DNA of 64,000 bases, from NCBI GenBank assembly GCA_947459525.1, contig CANHDW010000001.1, positions 3,714-67,713 of the forward strand, read 5' to 3'. Positions within the stretch are counted from its first letter, which is position 1, and each line of letters opens with the position of its first letter. Below, piece by piece: positions 19,957-29,400 of the stretch. A program made the position numbers and the translations under genes. Under the pieces are notes generated by a model. It was not told where the DNA came from, ran no database searches, and saw only the letters and a program-made list of their open reading frames with translations. Source of the stretch: Candidatus Caenarcanales bacterium (GTDB lineage: Bacteria; Cyanobacteriota; Vampirovibrionia; LMEP-6097).

Positions 19957-21237
19957 ATGCTTGACATCAAAAAAATTAGACAAAACCCAGATTTAATAAA
20001 AGAATTACTTTCTTTACGAAATCCTCACTATGCAGAGATTCTAAATGAACTGCTAGAAATAGATAAGCAGTATCGAGAAAAACTTATCGAAAAAGAATCT
20101 TTAGAAGCTGAGCGTAACACCCTTAGTAAAACTGTCGGTCAAAAAAAATCTAAAGGTGAAGATGCTGATAGCGAAATAAAATCTTTAAATGATATTAAGG
20201 AAAAACTAAAAATAATTAATGAATTAGAACCTGTTTTAGCTGAAAAACAACAGAAACTTTTATTAGAACTTCCGAATATCCCAAGCCCAGACACACCTTA
20301 CGGCAAAGATGAAAATGATAATAAGCTCATTATGGAGTGGGGAACTAAATCCAGCTTTAACTTTAAACCGTTAGAACATAACGAACTCGGCAACATCAAT
20401 CAAGAACTGGATTTCGAGAGGGGCGTTAAATTAAGTAAAAGTAGATTTACCGTAGTCGCTGGTAAACTAGCTAAATTAGAACGAGCTTTAATTAATTTTA
20501 TGCTCGATAAAGCTACAGAGAATAGTTATGCAGAATATAGTTTACCAGTCATAGTGAACTCTGATTCCCTTTATGGAACTGGTAATTTACCTAAATTCAA
20601 AGATGACCTTTTTAAAATAGAGGGCGAGGAGCTTTATTTAATTCCGACAGCAGAAGTTCCTTTGACTAATCTTCACCGCGATGAAATTCTCAAAGAAGAA
20701 CAGTTACCACTAAGGATGACTGCTTATACACCTTGTTTCAGATCAGAAGCAGGCTCGGCTGGTAAAGATACACGCGGCATCATCAGACAGCACCAGTTTA
20801 ATAAGATAGAACTAGTTATTCTCTGTAAAGAAGAGGATGCTATAAATGAGCATGAGAGACTCACTAGTAACGCTGAGTCTATTCTTCAAGCCCTAGAATT
20901 ACCTTACAGAAAAGTTCAGCTCTGCACTGGAGATTTAGGCTTCAGTGCAAGTAAGTGCTATGACCTAGAAGTCTGGTTTCCTAGCCAAGAAAAATATAGA
21001 GAAATTAGTAGCTGTAGCTGGTTTTCAGATTTTCAAGCAAGAAGAACGCAGATAAGATTTAAGCGTACTGATGAATCAGGTAAATCAAAAAATGAATTCG
21101 TTCATACTATTAATGGTTCTGGACTAGCAGTAGGTAGAACTTTAGCAGCCATTATGGAAAATTATCAGACAGAGGATGGAGAAATCATAATACCTAAGGC
21201 TCTTAAACCCTACATGAAGGAAAGTTCTTTAGTTTAA
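19957..21237 (+). CDS. serS: Seryl-tRNA synthetase
   Basis: 426 aa; N-terminal coiled-coil arm and class II core (TPCFRSEAGSAGKDTRGIIRQHQFNKIE, FSDFQARR...VHTINGSGLAVGRTLAAIMENYQ). Confidence 0.93.
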   Translation: MLDIKKIRQNPDLIKELLSLRNPHYAEILNELLEIDKQYREKLIEKESLEAERNTLSKTVGQKKSKGEDADSEIKSLNDIKEKLKIINELEPVLAEKQQKLLLELPNIPSPDTPYGKDENDNKLIMEWGTKSSFNFKPLEHNELGNINQELDFERGVKLSKSRFTVVAGKLAKLERALINFMLDKATENSYAEYSLPVIVNSDSLYGTGNLPKFKDDLFKIEGEELYLIPTAEVPLTNLHRDEILKEEQLPLRMTAYTPCFRSEAGSAGKDTRGIIRQHQFNKIELVILCKEEDAINEHERLTSNAESILQALELPYRKVQLCTGDLGFSASKCYDLEVWFPSQEKYREISSCSWFSDFQARRTQIRFKRTDESGKSKNEFVHTINGSGLAVGRTLAAIMENYQTEDGEIIIPKALKPYMKESSLV

Positions 21238-21312
21238 ACTTCATTAACAAAAAATCTAAATCTAACAGGATTCTTAATTTCTTGTTAATATTTAAAGTGT
21301 ATTTATATTAAT

Positions 21313-21483
21313 ATGATGAACGGTGGAACTGACATTTTAGATTTAGATGAAGTAATGGAAGTAGTTCTTGTAAATGCACAAGAGAGATCAGAAGAACCTA
21401 TAAGTTTCTGGAAAAAAATAGGTGAAGATTCTTCTGATAAGGAGATACGTACTAGCAGATACTTAGAGTCAAAGCCCCACTGA
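21313..21483 (+). CDS. Possible small ORF (57 aa, acidic) in a GC-elevated spacer upstream of argF
   Basis: ATG-initiated ORF MMNGGTDILDLDEVMEVVLVNAQERSEEPISFWKK... in a 325-bp intergenic segment whose 3' part is noticeably GC-richer than its surroundings. No homology recognised. May be non-coding. Confidence 0.2.
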   Translation: MMNGGTDILDLDEVMEVVLVNAQERSEEPISFWKKIGEDSSDKEIRTSRYLESKPH

Positions 21484-21563
21484 AAGCAACTAGGCAATGT
21501 TGCCGACGAAAACGCAGAAATTGGAATTCGGCAACAGCGCGAACTACTGATATAATTAGCCTC

Positions 21564-22460
21564 ATGCCTAAACACTATTTGAGCGTAAACGATCTCAGCA
21601 AAGATGATTTATACAATTTATTAAACCACTCAGCAGAATTAAAGGCAGAATTAAAAGCAGGCCATGATCATTCTCATTTACTTAAAGGTAAATCAGTTGG
21701 CATGATTTTTGAAAAACCTAGCCTTAGAACCAGAATTAGCTTTGAAGTCGGTATTAACCAGCTAGGAGCACACCCTGTACTTCTTAATGCTCAAGAAATT
21801 ATGATCAGTGGCAGAGAAAGCCGTTATGATGTAGCTAGAGTTATGTCACAGTACTTAGACATGCTGATGATAAGAACCTTTGGGCATGACATAGTCGAAG
21901 AAATCGCGGAACACAGCTCTATTCCAGTAATTAACGGATTAACAGACTTAGAACATCCTTGTCAGACCCTTGCAGACTTACTTACAGTTAGAGAACACTA
22001 CGGGACATTAGATAATCTTAAAATAGCTTATATCGGAGATGGTAATAACACCGCTAGAAGCCTTATGCTAGCCTGCACTAAGCTTGGTGTAAAAATCTCT
22101 ATAGCTTGTCCTCTTGGTTATGAACCGGGAAAAGCTTATGAATCAGAATTCACTCATGTCTGTCACGGCGTTGGTGAAGCAGCTAAAGACGCAGATGTTA
22201 TCTACACTGATGTCTGGTCTAGCATGGGTCAGGAAAAAGAAGCACAGCTTCGTAAAGAGCGTTTCGCTGGATATCAAGTAAACACTGCTCTACTGCAAGA
22301 TTTTGCTAAACCTACAGCCATAGTCTTGCACTGCCTTCCAGCTCATAGAGGTGAGGAAATTACGGCAGAAGCTCTTAAAAACCATGAATCTACTATTTTA
22401 AGACAGGCTGAAAACCGCTTGCACACACAGAAAGCGATTATGTTATCACTCAGAAACTGA
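21564..22460 (+). CDS. argF: Ornithine carbamoyltransferase
   Basis: 298 aa; KPSLRTRISFEVG (STRTR-type carbamoyl-phosphate site), DLEHPCQTLADL (HPxQ) and VLHCLPAHRGEE (the HCLP motif of OTCases). Confidence 0.85.
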   Translation: MPKHYLSVNDLSKDDLYNLLNHSAELKAELKAGHDHSHLLKGKSVGMIFEKPSLRTRISFEVGINQLGAHPVLLNAQEIMISGRESRYDVARVMSQYLDMLMIRTFGHDIVEEIAEHSSIPVINGLTDLEHPCQTLADLLTVREHYGTLDNLKIAYIGDGNNTARSLMLACTKLGVKISIACPLGYEPGKAYESEFTHVCHGVGEAAKDADVIYTDVWSSMGQEKEAQLRKERFAGYQVNTALLQDFAKPTAIVLHCLPAHRGEEITAEALKNHESTILRQAENRLHTQKAIMLSLRN

Positions 22461-22475
22461 GACCGCTTGCAATAA

Positions 22476-23432
22476 TTAATCTCTACGTTTTATGTCTATC
22501 TGGCTTTCAGGTGCTAAATCTAAAACTGTGAGCTTAGTATTTTTATCTAAAGAAGCTTTTATATCTACATTTGAATTGTTCGCTAAAAGAATAATATTAG
22601 ATTTACTTACAGAAAGATTTACACCAAGAACATAAGTAAAAATTGAAAATTTATCACCATTCACCATCTCAACACTAATAGAACTGTTACTTGGCAAAAA
22701 CTCCATGTAGACTTCATTTAAATCATTCTGCATAATTATGTTTAAACTTAATGCTGATTTTAGAAGACCACCACTAAGATACACTTGAGCTCCCTCTGCG
22801 CCTAAAATCATTTCCCGAACATCAAGCAGATCATTATGATCTATAGCAAATCTGCCTTCTTCATTTAGAAAAAAGATCTCATCTAATTTCTCCGGAAAGA
22901 GTTTAAAAGATTTGGTGCTTAAATTCACATCAATCAATTTCAGGTCATACTCTTCTGCAAATTCCTTGATTTTATCTACATTATTTTTTGCAATAGAACG
23001 AGTGTGAGGCGAATAAGGATGCTTGCGAAAAGTTTCTAAATTGAGCTTAAGCGACTTATTTAAACGAACAGCTAAGATATTTGCTAAGACTGTTTCTGGC
23101 AAAGTCTTTATCGATTCTTTAACTTTCTCAAGATTAATAATCTGATCTTCATTACCGTCTAATTTATCTAATAAAAACTCAAGATCAATAATAAGATTCT
23201 GGGAATATTTATTATCTTGCATCAGACCATCCCAAAAGCTAACAGCTTCTTTATAATCCCTATCGTAAATTCCAAGATGTATTTTCCCATCAGGTTTTTC
23301 TAAAACCATTTTTGTCGATATCTGCTTAAAAGGAAATTTCTCCTCGGCTTTCTCATCCCATGCTTGAGAATCAGCTCGCTCAGCAATTTCGATTAAATTT
23401 TCAAATATAGATTTAACCGACTTAAAATTCAT
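22476..23432 (-). CDS. Hypothetical protein
   Basis: 318-aa clean ORF with no recognisable motif; codon usage is consistent with the host. Confidence 0.5.
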   Translation of the reverse strand: MNFKSVKSIFENLIEIAERADSQAWDEKAEEKFPFKQISTKMVLEKPDGKIHLGIYDRDYKEAVSFWDGLMQDNKYSQNLIIDLEFLLDKLDGNEDQIINLEKVKESIKTLPETVLANILAVRLNKSLKLNLETFRKHPYSPHTRSIAKNNVDKIKEFAEEYDLKLIDVNLSTKSFKLFPEKLDEIFFLNEEGRFAIDHNDLLDVREMILGAEGAQVYLSGGLLKSALSLNIIMQNDLNEVYMEFLPSNSSISVEMVNGDKFSIFTYVLGVNLSVSKSNIILLANNSNVDIKASLDKNTKLTVLDLAPESQIDIKRRD

Positions 23433-23584
23433 AAATACAACATCGGCATTGAAAATTAAGCATAGTTTAAGGAAATAGTGAAATTAGCCATTCTCTAACA
23501 AATTTTGACAGTCCGTAATGAAAAACAAAGTTTTTTATTACTTCCTTAAATCATCCATACCAGGGATGTTAAAATCATAATCTT

Positions 23585-25243
23585 ATGCTTCTTCAGGCTA
23601 CAGATCTTACTGTTAATTTCGGCACTCACCAAGTTCTGAGCGGAGTAAACCTGAGAATTACCAACCAAAGCAGAATTGGGCTTATCGGCGTCAATGGTGC
23701 TGGTAAATCTACCTTACTCAAATGCCTCACCCAAGAAATGATTCCGCAACAAGGCAGCGTAACTATCTCTCCACACGTTCATATACAGTGCCTTACTCAA
23801 AACCCGGAGCTAACAGCTACTAATACCCTTAAAGAAGAGCTTTATGGAGTATTTACCGAAATTATGGCATTCAAAGAAGAAGAAGCTGAGATATTAAATA
23901 AACTAGAGAATCTCTCAGGTGAAGAATTTGATGAAGCAATACTCAGATTAGGTTTCTTGCAAGAAAGACTAGAACACTTAGATGTCGGACGCATAGATGA
24001 AAAGATAGGTCGAATGATAACTGGCTTAGGATTCACTCTAGAAGAGCTAGATAGACCAGTAGGAAAATTCAGTGGTGGCTGGCAAATGCGTATTAATTTA
24101 GCCAAAGTACTTTTACAAGAAGCAGATGTAATATTAATGGACGAGCCGACTAACCACTTAGATATGGCTGCCTGTGAGTGGCTTGAAGATTTTTTAAAAA
24201 ATTATCCTAAGGGTATACTCGTCGTTTCCCACGATAGAAGATTCCTAGATGAAGTCGTTACAGAGATAGCTGAATTAGAGAGAGGTGAGCTTACCATGTA
24301 TTCAGCGAACTACACTCAGTATCTAGAACAGCGTGAAGCTAACCGTGAAAGGCAGGCCGCCGCAGCTGAAAGGCAGAGAAAAAGCTTAGAAGAACAAAGA
24401 GCTTTTGTAGACAGGTTCAGAGCAAGTGCGACAAAAAGCACACAGGCAAAGAGTCGTGAAAAACAGCTGGCTAAAATCGAAATTATAGAAGCCCCTAAAG
24501 GTGAACTTAAAAAATTATTCTTTAAATTTCCACTCCCAAATCCAAGTGGTAGAGAAGTTTTAAAAATCAGCAACCTTGCTAAAGCCTTTGGTGATCACAA
24601 ATTATTCTCCAAAGTAAACGCAGACATAGAGTGGAGCAAAGAAGAACCTCAGCGTATTTTCATATTAGGAGAAAATGGCTGCGGGAAAACCACTTTATTT
24701 AAAATATTAATGGGCTTAGAAGCACCTACTGAAGGCTCTATCTCATTTGAAGAAAGAGTTATCCTAGGTTACTATGCACAGCATCAGCTTCAGATATTAG
24801 ACCCAGAAAAAACAGTACTAGAAACATTAGAAGAAGCCATGCCACCGACACAGCGTGGAGAGATTAGAAGCATACTAGGACGCTTTCTCTTTAGTAACGA
24901 TCAGGTATTTAAGAAAGTAGGTCTTATTAGTGGTGGTGAAAAAGGTAGATTAGCGATGGCTAAATTAATGGTGACAGGTCCGAACACCTTATTACTCGAT
25001 GAACCCACTAACCACTTAGATATGCCATCTCAAGAAGCGGTAGAGAACGCTCTATCAAGCTATGAAGGAACTGCTATTTGCATATCGCATGATAGATATT
25101 TTATTAATAACCATGCTACACAAATCTGGGAATTCAATAATGGCAGAATGATAGTCTTCAAAGGCTCTTATGCAGATTACCTTAAAAAGAGAAAAGCCCT
25201 GATCGAAGAATCTCGCCTAAAAGCTGAAAAAAATAAGGCTTAA
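23585..25243 (+). CDS. ABC-F family ATPase (tandem ABC domains, no TMD; EttA/Uup/YheS-like translation factor)
   Basis: 552 aa; two Walker A motifs (GVNGAGKST, GENGCGKTT) and two signature motifs (FSGGWQMR, LSGGEKGRLA). Confidence 0.88.
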   Translation: MLLQATDLTVNFGTHQVLSGVNLRITNQSRIGLIGVNGAGKSTLLKCLTQEMIPQQGSVTISPHVHIQCLTQNPELTATNTLKEELYGVFTEIMAFKEEEAEILNKLENLSGEEFDEAILRLGFLQERLEHLDVGRIDEKIGRMITGLGFTLEELDRPVGKFSGGWQMRINLAKVLLQEADVILMDEPTNHLDMAACEWLEDFLKNYPKGILVVSHDRRFLDEVVTEIAELERGELTMYSANYTQYLEQREANRERQAAAAERQRKSLEEQRAFVDRFRASATKSTQAKSREKQLAKIEIIEAPKGELKKLFFKFPLPNPSGREVLKISNLAKAFGDHKLFSKVNADIEWSKEEPQRIFILGENGCGKTTLFKILMGLEAPTEGSISFEERVILGYYAQHQLQILDPEKTVLETLEEAMPPTQRGEIRSILGRFLFSNDQVFKKVGLISGGEKGRLAMAKLMVTGPNTLLLDEPTNHLDMPSQEAVENALSSYEGTAICISHDRYFINNHATQIWEFNNGRMIVFKGSYADYLKKRKALIEESRLKAEKNKA

Positions 25244-25265
25244 CAGAAAAAGTAGAAATTTAAAA

Positions 25266-26435
25266 ATGCTCATTACTGAAGAAAACCTTATTTTATCAGC
25301 AGAAAAAGAACTAAAAGAAACTTGGGAAAAATTCGAAGAAATTCGTAATCATAACCAAATAAAAGTTTTAAAAGCATTCCAAGCAGTAGGTATTCAGAAT
25401 GTACACTATGGGTGGGTAACTGGTTATGGCTATGATGATCTTGGTAAAGATAAACTAGATGAGCTTTTCGCCACATGCTTCAACACAGAAGCTGCGATAG
25501 TCAGAAACCAATTAGTATCGGGTACTCACGCTATTAGCTGTGCTGTATTAGGGAATCTCTCATCTGGAGATGAACTGGTGGCTGTTACGGGTAAGCCCTA
25601 CGATACCTTAAATAGTGTGTTTCAGAGTTTTCAAAAAAAATATAAAATCAAATATCTAGAAGGTAAGGACAAATTATCTACTAGCACCAAAGTCGCTCTG
25701 ATACAGAGATCTAGGGGTTATGAATGGCGAGACAGTTACACCTTAACTCATATTAAAACCCTTATTCAAGAAATAAGATTAAAGTCTCCTTCAGCCGTTA
25801 TTTTCGTAGATAACTGCTATGGTGAATTCACTCAGAAATTAGAGCCTACTGATATCGGTGCTGATATTATGGCTGGCTCTTTAATTAAAAACCCTGGTGG
25901 CGGCATAGTTGCAGCTGGTGCTTATATAGCTGGCAAAAAATCATGCGTAGAAGCCGCGGCTGATGTATTAACAGCTCCTGGAATTGGCATTCACGGTGGC
26001 TGTAACTTTGACCAAAATAGACTAATGTTACAAGGTTTTTTTCTTGCACCATCAGTAGTCTGTGAAGCATTAAAGGGTATGAGTCTTGCAGCTAAAGTTT
26101 TCTCAGACGCAGGATTAGAGACCATCCCTGCATACTCTGCTGACCGTAATGATGTAATACAAGCCATAAAATTTAATGATCCAGAAAAATTAATTAAATT
26201 CTGTGAATTAGTACAGAAAAATAGTCCAGTAAATTCCATGTTCAGCCCAATTCCAGCTGATATCTCAGGATACCCCGATCAAGTCATTATGGCATCTGGC
26301 TCTTTTGTAGAAGGTTCCAGCATAGAGCTTTCCGTAGATGGTCCCATGCGCCCGCCTTATATAGCGTATTTCCAAGGAGGACTTAGCTACGCACATACAC
26401 GCTATGTTATTAGCGAAATATTAAAACACTTTTAA
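25266..26435 (+). CDS. PLP-dependent YnbB-like protein (aluminium-resistance family, Met_gamma_lyase PF06838-like)
   Basis: 389 aa; WVTGYGYDDLGKDKLDELFA...VRNQLVSGTHAI...GDELVAVTGKPYDTL matches the conserved N-terminal half of Bacillus YnbB-family proteins. Confidence 0.7.
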   Translation: MLITEENLILSAEKELKETWEKFEEIRNHNQIKVLKAFQAVGIQNVHYGWVTGYGYDDLGKDKLDELFATCFNTEAAIVRNQLVSGTHAISCAVLGNLSSGDELVAVTGKPYDTLNSVFQSFQKKYKIKYLEGKDKLSTSTKVALIQRSRGYEWRDSYTLTHIKTLIQEIRLKSPSAVIFVDNCYGEFTQKLEPTDIGADIMAGSLIKNPGGGIVAAGAYIAGKKSCVEAAADVLTAPGIGIHGGCNFDQNRLMLQGFFLAPSVVCEALKGMSLAAKVFSDAGLETIPAYSADRNDVIQAIKFNDPEKLIKFCELVQKNSPVNSMFSPIPADISGYPDQVIMASGSFVEGSSIELSVDGPMRPPYIAYFQGGLSYAHTRYVISEILKHF

Positions 26436-29400
26436 TGCTGACTGGTTAGCTAAAATTTCATTGATCTGCCTTTCAATATAAGGATCTTTTTCAGTAATAT
26501 TAGTTATAGAATTTAAACTATTTTCAATCGCTTGAATAAAATTTTCGATATCATTTCTCTTAGTTTTAAAGAGTTCAAGCTTTCTTTGATCTAATTTATC
26601 ACCCTTAGATAATTCTTCTAGGATCAGTGTCGTATAAGAATCCAACCTAGACTGGTAATCACTAAGGATCTTTTGTTGACGATCTTGCTTATTCTCAAAC
26701 TGCTTTAATGGTGCACTGCGTAAAGCCTCTATCATATTATTAACAATAAATAGACTAGTCGCTTGAGAAGCTTCAACATTAACACCTAAAAATTTACCAA
26801 GATTAGAAATTTTTTGAACCGAAGATTGAAATTCAATATCATGAAGTCCACTCTTTGGATCCACAGCGATTCTCTCTAACTGATTGTTCTGTTTAAAATT
26901 CTGTAAACCTTCTAAAGCTTCGCCTGATTGAAGGATTTCAGAAAGTTCCAGAGCGACCCTCTTGTCTATTTTATAATCTCGAATTAAGCTAAAACTCAAG
27001 CCTAAAATCTCTAAACTGTCATTAGAATTATTAGCAGCGGCCTTCATCTGCTCAGCAAGCTTCTCTTGCAAGCCTATGTTTAGTGAAGAAACTGTTAGCT
27101 GAGTATTTTGTAAAAGATCCAAAACAGGGTTTGCAATATTAGTACTAGCTAATTCAGCGTAAGCGACTGCTATTCCCAAAGATAATTTAGAATCTAAAAG
27201 ATAACGCAAGAATTGTCTCTCTTGCTTAGAATCTAAATCAAGCTCAAATCCACTATCCATAGCATTAGTCTTTGAGACCGAGCCTTGCTTAGCAAAATGA
27301 AGAAGAATTTTTGTAAATAAAAGATCTTCATGTAACTTATCGTCAGCGTCTACAAGATAATCAAAAAATCTATTTTGATTAGCCAGACTTAGATCTGCCA
27401 CTGAATATTTACTTTTCTCCAAAAAGTCATACTTATCAGAACCAGCCTCAAAAGTAAATAAATCTAAATAAGCCTTAGCAAAATCAGCGGACAATTTAGT
27501 ATCGGCTAAGTAACTAAAGAACTGTGTTTCTCCATTCACGCCTAAACCCAAACCACGACTACTTTCCAATACTGTAATCTTTTCAGAATCACCATTTTGA
27601 ATAAAATTAGATAAATTAGTGACATAAAGTATATCTAAGTCAGTTTTATTTTCCTTATCAACTAAATATTCCGACAAAGTCTTTTGAAATTTTTTATCAT
27701 AAGAGCTTATTAAATACTTGTTATCCTCTAAATAAATCAATTTCTCAGACTCTGATCCTAGATTTATTAAATCCACATAGGTAGAAGTTAGGTCAGCAGA
27801 AACTTTATTATCCATGATGTAGTTCAAAAGCTGCTTCTCTTGGGTTTCACTCCAAGATAATAATGAAGTTTCTTCCAAAATACTCAATTTAGAGAGTAGA
27901 GAAAATGTTTCAGGCTGCTTTTGATTAATTACAGCATTCTCGTCAGCCAAATAATTCAAAACTTTAGTTTGAACAGTAGCACTAAGTAAACTAATCGCAT
28001 ATTTATTATTATCAATAAAATCTAATTTTTCATTACTCGCTTGAGAATTAAGTAGAGTTAAATATGTTTCAGTAAAATCCAAAGAAACTTTATTATCTAA
28101 AAAATAATTGAAAAATTTCATTTCCTGTTCCTTAGTTAAATCTAAGTTACGTGCTCTTGATAAAACATCTAAACGTTCATTATCTTGTTGCGTTAATAAA
28201 ATTCTTATAGTATCAGTAAAAACAGTATCATTCTCTGTTAAATTATCTAGGTCCAATAAATAATTTAATACTTTTCCTTGTGTAACTGTATCAGAAGAAC
28301 TAATTAAGTATTTATTTTCAGATAAATATTTGAGTTTTTCATCATCAGCACCAGAGCTTATGATATCAAGGAATGAACCTATTAAATTAACTGAAACATT
28401 ACGATCAGATAAATAAGATAAAAATTGCTGTTCTTGTTCAGCGCTAAATTCAGTTTTACGATTTTGTTCTAAAATATTTAGCTTAGTCAAATCACCACGC
28501 CTAGCTAATCTTAGATATGTTTTAGCAAAAGAAACATCATCATCAGTAAAATTTGCAGAATCAGTAACGTAATCAAAGACTTTCTGTTGAAAATCTTTAC
28601 CAATTTCTGAAATTTTAAATTTATTTTCAGCAAGAAACCTAAGTTTATCCGAATCAGCATTAGACTTAACTAAATTCATGTAAGTTTTAGCAAAATCTAC
28701 TGAAACATCTTTCTCAACTAAAGCCGCTCTCCACTCATTTCTAGTTTCAATATCCATCTCCACTAAATTACCTTGAATTAAAAGATCTAATTTAGCTTTA
28801 TCTCCCTGTTTCAATAAAGTATTAAAAACACTAGCAAAAGAAAGACTAACTCCAGAACGGTTCACAGATAAGGATTTTAATAATTGGTCTATCTGCACTT
28901 TATTAGTAGTATCTGTCATCGCTAAATACTCTAAAAATAAACCTTCTTTTTCATTCCCCAAAGAACGTTTTCGTACTAAATCTAATATCTCTATACCTTT
29001 TTCATCAGCACTTTTCATAAAAGTAATTAACTTATTCGTAAAACCAATATCATTTACCGTTACTTCATCAGAATCTTTTAAATAATCTATGATTTTCTGT
29101 TGCTTAGCCACACCTAAACTAGAGATGACGTATTTATTAGCCTCTAAAAAATTAATTTTATTCTCATCAGCACCGCATTGAACTAAAACTAGGTAAGCGT
29201 CTGCTACTGTACTAGAAACAGCAGCGTCATTAATATACTCAAGGAATTTATCTTCTTGATCTAAATTTAATTCAATATCACGTCCTTTATCTAAAAGTTT
29301 TACACCCTGATCATCACCAAGTTCTAAGAGATGAAGTAATTTCTCCGCGAAAGAGAGATCTGAATTTGTCAATTTTCTAGAATCTTGTAAAAAATCAAAT

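Noticed and set aside
21303-21575. 90-aa minus-strand ORF in the serS-argF spacer
   Set aside because: It overlaps the argF start and the plus-strand small ORF, and its product is Ser/Cys-rich low complexity. It was treated as spurious, and the spacer was reported as a compositional/structural oddity instead.
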